64,000 nt of DNA from IMG/VR virus record IMGVR_UViG_3300034072_000758, positions 186,001-250,000 of that record; one strand, written 5' to 3'. Shown here piece by piece: positions 56,452-63,473 of the stretch (positions within the stretch are counted from its first letter, which is position 1; each line of letters opens with the position of its first letter). The notes under the pieces were generated by a model. It saw nothing but the letters and a program-made list of their open reading frames with translations. It made no database searches and had not been told where the DNA came from. Position numbers and translations under genes: made by a program.

Positions 56452-56913
56452 ATGTCTCACTTTATGTCTGCTGAAATCGCTCTGGCTTATATGACTGCTG
56501 GTCGTTCGATTACCACGTTCAAGAGCAACAAGACCGAAAAGCATTTCACTTTCCGCCTGTACGAAAAGAAGATCAAGGGCCTCAAGAAGGGCGACCCCAA
56601 GCCGGACAATCTTCCGATCTTTGTTTCCGCTATGACCGGGCCGAACAACGAAGGCGATTACAGCTACTTCGGTTTCATCGACCCACGTTCGGGTAAGTTC
56701 ACCTTCTCGCACAAATCTTCGAAGCTTTCCAAAGACGAACTGTCCGTCAAGGCGTTTATGTGGGCTTATGAGCGCCTGACCGCTGGACTGCTACCCGCTG
56801 ACATGGCAATCTATCACAATGGCCGTTGTGGTCGTTGCCAACGCCTCCTGACCGTCCCGCACAGCATCGAGACGGGTATCGGCCCTGAATGCCAACGCCA
56901 AATGGGGATATAA
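56452..56913 (+). CDS. DUF6011-family Zn-finger protein
   Basis: GRCGRCQRLLTVPHSIETGIGPEC. Confidence 0.8.
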   Translation: MSHFMSAEIALAYMTAGRSITTFKSNKTEKHFTFRLYEKKIKGLKKGDPKPDNLPIFVSAMTGPNNEGDYSYFGFIDPRSGKFTFSHKSSKLSKDELSVKAFMWAYERLTAGLLPADMAIYHNGRCGRCQRLLTVPHSIETGIGPECQRQMGI

Positions 56914-57746
56914 TGTCTCTCTACATACAATTCATCGAAGCAATCCGTAAGGGGGAGGTCATCAACCGTGTGAAGACCTACCCCGAAGCTTTGCGTAAAG
57001 GGAACTTTGCTGTCCCCAGCTTTGACTTCGGCGATCTTCTGAATATTCGTTCCCCGGAATACGTTCTCGACAAAGACGGGTTGAACTGGTGTGATGCTCT
57101 CGGTGATCCTGCCCGCCCACTGTTACCGAAGCCAACCGAACCGCGCGCCTATATTGCGCACTTCAATGATACCAATTCGCTCGATCAAAAAATGAGCTTC
57201 CACACCGGCCAGTTCGGGGAGGTACTTGAAGTCGCAGACGTGACTTGGATTGTTGTCACCAGTGGTCACTACGCCGAGGGTACGCCATACTGCGATACTT
57301 ACTATTTCATGAACGGTGACTTCTATCAGGTCGAAACCAACTCCGATTTCCCAATGTCGGCTCAGATGGTTCATGGCGCGGCAATGGCAATCCAATGTGA
57401 ATGGCTTCTCCAAAACCGCCAAACAGAATATGTTATGGCAGGATCGCAAGACGACATCACCAAGATCAATCAACGCCAACGCCTTCGTCAGAAACCTCTC
57501 CTACCCCAACCCAAGGTCATCCACCTTAAGCAAACCGTCTATGTCGGCGAAACAGCGGGCAATCGCAAAGGTCAGGGCCTTGGATCGGAACGTTGCCCCC
57601 ATGAGCGCGAGGGACATTGGCGCACGATCAAGAACAAGGATGGCTCGACCCGGCAAGTTCGAGTTCGCAAAACAGTTATTCACGCTGACAGGTTCTCTCA
57701 GGAGGCTCAGGACGTGCTTGCGCATCGTCACCTTGTTCGTCCCTAA
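56889..57746 (+). CDS. hypothetical phage protein with an HxRxGHWR motif
   Basis: RCPHEREGHWRT. Confidence 0.75.
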   Translation: MPTPNGDIMSLYIQFIEAIRKGEVINRVKTYPEALRKGNFAVPSFDFGDLLNIRSPEYVLDKDGLNWCDALGDPARPLLPKPTEPRAYIAHFNDTNSLDQKMSFHTGQFGEVLEVADVTWIVVTSGHYAEGTPYCDTYYFMNGDFYQVETNSDFPMSAQMVHGAAMAIQCEWLLQNRQTEYVMAGSQDDITKINQRQRLRQKPLLPQPKVIHLKQTVYVGETAGNRKGQGLGSERCPHEREGHWRTIKNKDGSTRQVRVRKTVIHADRFSQEAQDVLAHRHLVRP

Positions 57747-57765
57747 GAAATAACAAGGTGCCTCT

Positions 57766-58107
57766 GTGGAGGCTCTGGAAGGCGATATGAGCTATACCTA
57801 TCCAACTCTCAAGCGCATGTTCGAGCTATATACTGACAATAAGGCTGGTTTAGCTTACCAACGCCTTAGTCCAAACATTCACATCTTGCGTTTGATAACT
57901 GATGATTTCTTGCTGACCTATACCGGTCACTACTTCAATAATGTCAAGATGATGGTCACTGCCGAATGTGTTATTCAGCGGGCGGAATGTATACACATCG
58001 ATAACGAACAGATTTATCTTTTTTACGATCCGCCAACCTTCCGAGTGCTCACTACCCAAGAAGAAGCTGAACACACTCTTGTAGAATGGATTATGAAGAA
58101 CCTATGA
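57766..58107 (+). CDS. CT-motif family small protein
   Basis: PTLKRMFELY; ends TTQEEAEHTLVEWIMKNL. Confidence 0.8.
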   Translation: MEALEGDMSYTYPTLKRMFELYTDNKAGLAYQRLSPNIHILRLITDDFLLTYTGHYFNNVKMMVTAECVIQRAECIHIDNEQIYLFYDPPTFRVLTTQEEAEHTLVEWIMKNL

Positions 58108-58472
58108 CTATGAGACCCGAAGACTATCTGGCGAACAAGTGTAATCTTCCCACCATACAAAAAATGTTCGAGCTATACGCTACAGACAAGCGCATGTTTG
58201 ACTTCGAGCATCATGGGGATGATGACAGTGGGTTTTTCAAATTGGTGTTCTCTGTCAATGGAACGTGTTCTCTGATCTATACGGCTCACAGAATCCGTCT
58301 GATCCAGTATATGCAATCCGTATTCGGTAAGAAAACCGAAGGGGTTTCTATAGTAATCGGTAAAAACGTTCATTACGTTTTTCCAGCGCCGCCAAAAATA
58401 GAAATAGATTCTCTTCACACTATCGAACAGGCCGAAGAAGCACTAATGCTTTGGTTATTGACCCTCAACTAG
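58086..58472 (+). CDS. CT-motif family protein, tandem paralogue of 57766-58107
   Basis: PTIQKMFELY; ends HTIEQAEEALMLWLLTLN. Confidence 0.85.
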   Translation: MDYEEPMTMRPEDYLANKCNLPTIQKMFELYATDKRMFDFEHHGDDDSGFFKLVFSVNGTCSLIYTAHRIRLIQYMQSVFGKKTEGVSIVIGKNVHYVFPAPPKIEIDSLHTIEQAEEALMLWLLTLN

Positions 58473-58827
58473 ATTGAAGGGTTAATAACATGATTTCTTC
58501 GTCTATTTTTTCCCGGTCGGCGTCATCTAAGTAAGTGATATAAACCAAGACTTCTTTTTCCAAATCTTGTTTGAAAAAATATTCATTGTTTTTACCAACA
58601 AATAAGCAACAATGCTCAATATACTTAAGAGTATTAGTATTCTTTAGTCTGGCCATGTAGTGTTGATTATCGGACAGTCTTGGGATTTTATATAGTAGAG
58701 TATAGCCATTACCCATATATATCATTCGTACAACTTTTTCATCTATGGTGGGTTCATATATTCGACTATTTTTATTCGCCATAACCCAAGCGACAGACGG
58801 ATACCCTTTGATACGCTTCTTCATCAA
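58465..58827 (-). CDS. CT-motif family small protein
   Basis: Ends DREKIDEEIMLLTLQSS. Confidence 0.85.
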   Translation of the reverse strand: MMKKRIKGYPSVAWVMANKNSRIYEPTIDEKVVRMIYMGNGYTLLYKIPRLSDNQHYMARLKNTNTLKYIEHCCLFVGKNNEYFFKQDLEKEVLVYITYLDDADREKIDEEIMLLTLQSS

Positions 58828-59225
58828 TACAGACCTAAGCCGCCCGTGAATTGATCAACCTTCTCACGGGTATCGGGACCGATGGCGATGGCCGTGTTGG
58901 TAGGAACCCCACCGAACTCAGTAAGGCCCTTGTCGGTGATCAGAGAGGCCAGCAAGCCAGCTTCTTTGGCCCGACGATAGATGTCCAGCATTTCCTCTTC
59001 GGAATTGACGGTCACCGTGATCTTAGTGAAGGCTCCCAAGAGCCAATCTTTCATGCGCTCGTCTAATTCCAAATGAAAATACACCGAGCCGTCCTCACGA
59101 GTGATATACTCACCAGCGCCGAGGATCGCGCCCATAGAAGCGTGAGCACCTTGAGAAATTTCTTTACCCCGGCGCATTTTGAGGTCTTTGCGGATAACGA
59201 TGACTTGTTTAAGCGGCGACGACAT
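58824..59225 (-). CDS. pth2: peptidyl-tRNA hydrolase, Pth2 (archaeal/eukaryal type)
   Basis: KQVIVIRKDLKMRRGKEISQGAHAS, KITV, ITDKGLTE..TAIAIGP. Confidence 0.95.
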   Translation of the reverse strand: MSSPLKQVIVIRKDLKMRRGKEISQGAHASMGAILGAGEYITREDGSVYFHLELDERMKDWLLGAFTKITVTVNSEEEMLDIYRRAKEAGLLASLITDKGLTEFGGVPTNTAIAIGPDTREKVDQFTGGLGLY

Positions 59226-59435
59226 AATCGACCTCGACTGGAATTTGAACCAATAGGTAGGCTTTTAGGATTGTATTGTATGCTAACTCAGCATCTTCCT
59301 TGAGAGTGCTACTGTGGATCAGGTTATCATTCACGAATGTCTCATAGACTTTCGATTCGATACCCGTGATACAATAGAAATCTGTGTTGACCACGGAGCG
59401 GACAACGCGCTTTATCTTGGCAATCATAATGGTAC

Positions 59436-60110
59436 TCAATGGATCGTTAGATCGCCCGACCCGGAGCTTTTCGTGTCGGTCTTGAGCGGCCCACCGTACA
59501 CATCAACGTCACCGGAACCTGACGTGGTGCCACTGAATGACATAGAAGCGTAGCAAGAAATGTCGCCAGAGCCGTGAGACTTAAGAAGAACATGTGCCGC
59601 CTTTAATTCTGAGAGTGATAAATCGCCCGAACCGGACTTTTCGACGTAGAGGGAATTGGTCACACCTTTCAGGGAAATATCCCCCGAACCATCGGCGCGA
59701 ATAGTCAGGTCTTCGTTAGCTACATAGCCGCGAATGTCCCCGGAACCACTTCTAGTGATCTTGCTGAGCGTGTTGCTTTTGATGACAACTTTGATGCCAC
59801 GGTTGGACGTGAACGAACCGTTAATCGACAGAGTGAGAACGCCCATGCTGTTGTATTTTACTTCGATCAGTTCCGCCAAATTCTCTTCAACAGAAAGGAC
59901 CAAAGAGTTTTTAACCGAATGATCGATTTCCAACTGAACGTCGATAATACCTTGAACGTTGATTTCTTTAAGCTTGACGGTGATGATATGTGTCAGGTCT
60001 TTGGAAATAACGTTTCCATTTCCAACAATCCCGAAGCCGTTTCCTACGCCGCCACCAACGAAGTTTCCATTTATGAAAACCCCCGACCCGCTGAAAAACT
60101 TGCTGAACAT
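59436..60110 (-). CDS. DUF2807 (GIN-domain) beta-helical adhesin-like protein
   Basis: Repeated GSGDI/SGSGDV motifs; SVEENLAELIEV. Confidence 0.8.
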   Translation of the reverse strand: MFSKFFSGSGVFINGNFVGGGVGNGFGIVGNGNVISKDLTHIITVKLKEINVQGIIDVQLEIDHSVKNSLVLSVEENLAELIEVKYNSMGVLTLSINGSFTSNRGIKVVIKSNTLSKITRSGSGDIRGYVANEDLTIRADGSGDISLKGVTNSLYVEKSGSGDLSLSELKAAHVLLKSHGSGDISCYASMSFSGTTSGSGDVDVYGGPLKTDTKSSGSGDLTIH

Positions 60111-60132
60111 ATCACGCTCCTGATGAATAAGT

Positions 60133-60196
60133 AACCTACAGTCTCATTGAGGTTATGTCAATTAAAATTGATTAAGAATGTTCTTTATAGTATTGT
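60133..60196. promoter_or_regulatory. divergent sigma70-like promoter pair
   Basis: Minus strand TTGACA-N17-TAGGTT; plus strand TTGATT-N17-TATTGT, with ATG 5 nt later. Confidence 0.65.
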
Positions 60197-60201
60197 TAAG
60201 C

Positions 60202-60717
60202 ATGATTACTAAAAAACGCATGAGTGAAATGTATGAATTGAACCGAACACTGGCTACGTCAATAATGTTCGGTGTTAATGATTTAGAAGATTACTTAGAA
60301 AAGACCGAATTGAGCCTCGAAGCTCAACTATCTATTGTCACTTTCGAGCTTCAATATGTAACGAATTTAAAAAACGTTCATGAAGATGTATTGCGTTATG
60401 TAAACTATGCTTTCCAACGCATGTGTAAAGATGACGTTAAAGCCGGAAATATTAAAAATATTTGGGACTGCGCCTGTTCAATGTTTTGTTACACGGGCAA
60501 CTTTATGGAGGTTCTTTATCCAGATACGCAAAAAATATTACGGGATCACCTCATGAATAATATTGAGCATTTTAAGGAAGAGGAAAAGGCATATACAAAT
60601 AGCTTCGGTACAGTGGGCCTCGATCCCAGCCGCAAATCGGTGATACAAAAAATAGCGAACAATATCTTCGACAATGATGAAGATCGTGTCAAATTCGTGT
60701 TGCTGGTTTCTTCTTAA
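60202..60717 (+). CDS. helical protein with CT-motif tail
   Basis: LSLEAQLSIV..LKNVHEDV repeat-like segment; ends DNDEDRVKFVLLVSS; start moved to MITKK. Confidence 0.7.
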   Translation: MITKKRMSEMYELNRTLATSIMFGVNDLEDYLEKTELSLEAQLSIVTFELQYVTNLKNVHEDVLRYVNYAFQRMCKDDVKAGNIKNIWDCACSMFCYTGNFMEVLYPDTQKILRDHLMNNIEHFKEEEKAYTNSFGTVGLDPSRKSVIQKIANNIFDNDEDRVKFVLLVSS

Positions 60718-61421
60718 TAACGCTTCTTCAATAGCTTGGCAACTTCAAAGAAATTCGAGCCGTCTTTGACAAGCTTCTGTGAATATTTGGCCGGGATCGC
60801 CCACATTTCACGTGGGATAAGATTTCCCCCACCGTGAGCCACATGTGCTCCCAGATCGATGAATGCCAGCTTTTCGCGGTCGTTCATATCTTTGAGGATG
60901 GCTTTACCGGCTCTGGCCCAAGATGAATATTCCCCGTCCCTGACTTTACGAAGTGTACTGGCCGACAGGTTATATCCCGCACGTCGCGTTACTTCTTTGA
61001 CATCCGGGGAGTTGATGATTTCAGGATACTTCTCCTGAACATATTTCTGATCACGATTGAGACAATGGGCGACAAACTCACCTACGCTGTCTTCATCTGG
61101 TTGTATGTCTTGAAGGTCCGAACCGTCGAATACAAAGACATAGCCGATATTCTTTTCCCAGCCCTTTGGAACGGTTGAGCCGAGGAAATCCCCACCAATG
61201 GCGTAGACCGTAGCGTAGCCTACGTTTTGGGCCAGATAGACGCGCCCCGCAACCGGACGCATGTGGGGCTTACTTTCACCGTACTTGACTTCGGTAGCCG
61301 CAGGATCAAGACCCTTCTTCCAGATGGCAAGGGCGGCTTCTTTCGATCCTGTTCCGTGATAATAGCGGACGCCCTTGTGAATATCTAAAGGGGCGGCTTC
61401 CAAGAGTTCTTCATAACGCAT
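60714..61421 (-). CDS. ADP-ribosyltransferase-fold late protein
   Basis: MRYEELLE start; YYHGT..IWKKGL..RVYLA..YATVYA; ATAAATA 5 nt upstream. Confidence 0.7.
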   Translation of the reverse strand: MRYEELLEAAPLDIHKGVRYYHGTGSKEAALAIWKKGLDPAATEVKYGESKPHMRPVAGRVYLAQNVGYATVYAIGGDFLGSTVPKGWEKNIGYVFVFDGSDLQDIQPDEDSVGEFVAHCLNRDQKYVQEKYPEIINSPDVKEVTRRAGYNLSASTLRKVRDGEYSSWARAGKAILKDMNDREKLAFIDLGAHVAHGGGNLIPREMWAIPAKYSQKLVKDGSNFFEVAKLLKKRY

Positions 61422-61426
61422 AAGCG

Positions 61427-61434
61427 TATTTATT
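61427..61434 (-). promoter_or_regulatory. T4-type late promoter
   Basis: AATAAATA-cgctt-ATG. Confidence 0.65.
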
Positions 61435-61756
61435 TACAGGTGTTGGGAACCTGTTCGGTGTTGGTCCCGCTGCCCGATACCATTGAGAGATATTGACAGT
61501 TGGTCACATTGTCAGTAGTCAGGTAAACCACAAAGGGTCCATTGCCGGTTAGTTGCTTCACGGTGACCCGCGTTGTTTCCTGCGATGTGAATACGGCATC
61601 GGCCATAACTTCGGTCTTTTCTTCCGCCGTCATTTCGCGGGCGGGTTCTTCGATGCGTTTACACCCAACCAGCACTGTGCCAACCGCTACCAAAATAGCG
61701 ATTACTGGAAGCGAATGTATCACGCCGATCAGAACGTTTTCTTGAAGCTTGGACAT
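61430..61756 (-). CDS. putative lipoprotein
   Basis: LVGC lipobox; C-term TDNVTNCQY...VPNTCK. Confidence 0.7.
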   Translation of the reverse strand: MSKLQENVLIGVIHSLPVIAILVAVGTVLVGCKRIEEPAREMTAEEKTEVMADAVFTSQETTRVTVKQLTGNGPFVVYLTTDNVTNCQYLSMVSGSGTNTEQVPNTCK

Positions 61757-61761
61757 GCGCG

Positions 61762-62049
61762 TTACTCCTTACAAGTGCCGGGAACAGGCTGGGACGTGAT
61801 GCCTTCTCCCCGCACGAAAAGATAGGTCTGGCAACCGTTGGTCTTATCGGTGGAGATAAAGGCGCGGATTGTGAAACCGTCCTCATACTCGCCGATTTGT
61901 GCGATGACGGCTCGATTGCTGACCGGGGTGGATGCCGCTTCGGCGACGGCGACGTTCCCAACACGGGCCGAGTGAACTGGTGCTTCGGCGGGCTTCGAAC
62001 AACCGATTAGACCGATAGCGAGAATGAGTAGTGCGGTGGTACGAAACAT
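61762..62049 (-). CDS. putative lipoprotein, paralogue of 61430-61756
   Basis: LIGC lipobox; TDKTNGCQTY...VPGTCKE. Confidence 0.8.
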   Translation of the reverse strand: MFRTTALLILAIGLIGCSKPAEAPVHSARVGNVAVAEAASTPVSNRAVIAQIGEYEDGFTIRAFISTDKTNGCQTYLFVRGEGITSQPVPGTCKE

Positions 62050-62068
62050 GATGTGGTCTCCTTTTAAA

Positions 62069-62098
62069 TTGACTGTTCAGTAACAAAGCAAGTATCGT
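62069..62098 (+). promoter_or_regulatory. sigma70-like promoter, probably giving a leaderless mRNA
   Basis: TTGACT-N18-TATCGT; ATG 5 nt later. Confidence 0.6.
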
Positions 62099-62103
62099 GC
62101 CGT

Positions 62104-62481
62104 ATGGAAACTTTTACGCTTGACCTTCTTATCAAACTTATAACGAATGCTCCGAAGAAGTATCGCCGTTCACAACACAATGCTTACACGGCGGAGTTTG
62201 TTTGCGGGACAAAAATTTCCTTTGAGTACAAAGCAAGCTTAAAGTACATGGACTTTCGTTGCTACAAAGCGAGATCATTCAGTATACGTGGTTCCGTGAG
62301 CGCCAACACTAACCCACCACATTCAAATTATTCACAGTCTTTGAGCTTGGTTGGCTACCGCACATTTCCACTTACCCTACATTTTAGACCCTCTTCGTAT
62401 TACTGTCACCTGATCGTCAATGGCAATCAAGAGAAATCCGAAGAAGACTTAGTTAAGTTCCTGTTGGTCAACTGTGGGTAG
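62104..62481 (+). CDS. CT-motif family small protein
   Basis: Ends NQEKSEEDLVKFLLVNCG. Confidence 0.8.
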   Translation: METFTLDLLIKLITNAPKKYRRSQHNAYTAEFVCGTKISFEYKASLKYMDFRCYKARSFSIRGSVSANTNPPHSNYSQSLSLVGYRTFPLTLHFRPSSYYCHLIVNGNQEKSEEDLVKFLLVNCG

Positions 62482-62517
62482 CTTTGTAGAACTTGGGGGC
62501 GATGCTCATGACCCCGA

Positions 62518-62751
62518 TCAGTCCAGAAAGTTGTCGTTGCCATCGCCGATCCAGTCTGGGAGAACCCATTCCAGATGATGCTTGTTGGCGAGTTCGTACA
62601 TGTATTCCAGAGCCGTAGGAATGGTCTCGAAGCCACGACGCGAAGCGACTGAATAATCATTCAGTTCATACGACGAACTGTCATATATTTTACAGATCGA
62701 AAGCTTGGTGTGGTCCCCACCCGGAAAAATGATGTGATACATGACGGACAT
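62518..62751 (-). CDS. hypothetical protein
   Basis: 77 aa ORF in the operon. Confidence 0.7.
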   Translation of the reverse strand: MSVMYHIIFPGGDHTKLSICKIYDSSSYELNDYSVASRRGFETIPTALEYMYELANKHHLEWVLPDWIGDGNDNFLD

Positions 62752-62753
62752 GG

Positions 62754-63053
62754 TTAGGGTTCCTCCACTTCATATTGGCCACGAATGACCTCTCGACTGA
62801 TTTCATTCCAATGGCCACCAAAAAGCCAAGTGCTTGGCTTGGTCAATGACCGTGGGACTTTCACCCATTCGCGCACAATTTTGGTGACGACGACTTGATC
62901 GTCCGAGTGTCTATACAGGGTCCGAGCACAGCCGGGGCAATGCTCGAAACGACTGGCGATGAAGAATCCTGTCAGGAACGTAGACTTGTCTGCCGAATCA
63001 AAACAGTGGCGACATACCGAACAGCGAGCGGTGTAATAGACGTTTAGGCTCAT
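62754..63053 (-). CDS. CxxC...CxxC zinc-ribbon protein
   Basis: CSVC and HCPGC. Confidence 0.7.
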   Translation of the reverse strand: MSLNVYYTARCSVCRHCFDSADKSTFLTGFFIASRFEHCPGCARTLYRHSDDQVVVTKIVREWVKVPRSLTKPSTWLFGGHWNEISREVIRGQYEVEEP

Positions 63054-63370
63054 TGGTTCGGATACTTCGCTGCCAGAATTGCCAGTTGGGCGCGCTCATG
63101 CTTTTCCCGATCAGCAGCGATCTTTTCTTCACGAGCGATGCGTTGCGCCATCTGTTCGTCCGTTTCGGGGACGTAGTGATATATGGACAGCCCGTAACAC
63201 TCGTTAGGGTCATAGCTCCCAGCGATGTCTTCATAGGAGATCATGGCGTTCGGATAGTCGGACTGATACTTTTGGAGATACTTGATCGCATCACCGATGC
63301 TACCGTCAAGATCGCCGGTAATCGTGGTGATGACTTCCTTGACCTTGCCGCGCACACGATTAACAGTCAT
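63050..63370 (-). CDS. hypothetical protein
   Basis: AGGAG RBS and a promoter upstream. Confidence 0.8.
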   Translation of the reverse strand: MTVNRVRGKVKEVITTITGDLDGSIGDAIKYLQKYQSDYPNAMISYEDIAGSYDPNECYGLSIYHYVPETDEQMAQRIAREEKIAADREKHERAQLAILAAKYPNQ

Positions 63371-63401
63371 AATATATCTCCTAGAATATTGATATGCTCA
63401 C

Positions 63402-63429
63402 AACATAACATGAAGCGTGATATTGTCAA
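63402..63429 (-). promoter_or_regulatory. sigma70-like early promoter
   Basis: TTGACA-N16-TATGTT. Confidence 0.7.
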
Positions 63430-63440
63430 GTCATGCCAAG

Positions 63441-63473
63441 AAAAAAGCCCCGGTTATCCGGGGCTTTTATTTT
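63441..63473. terminator. intrinsic terminator hairpin
   Basis: AAAAGCCCCGG/CCGGGGCTTTT. Confidence 0.8.
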
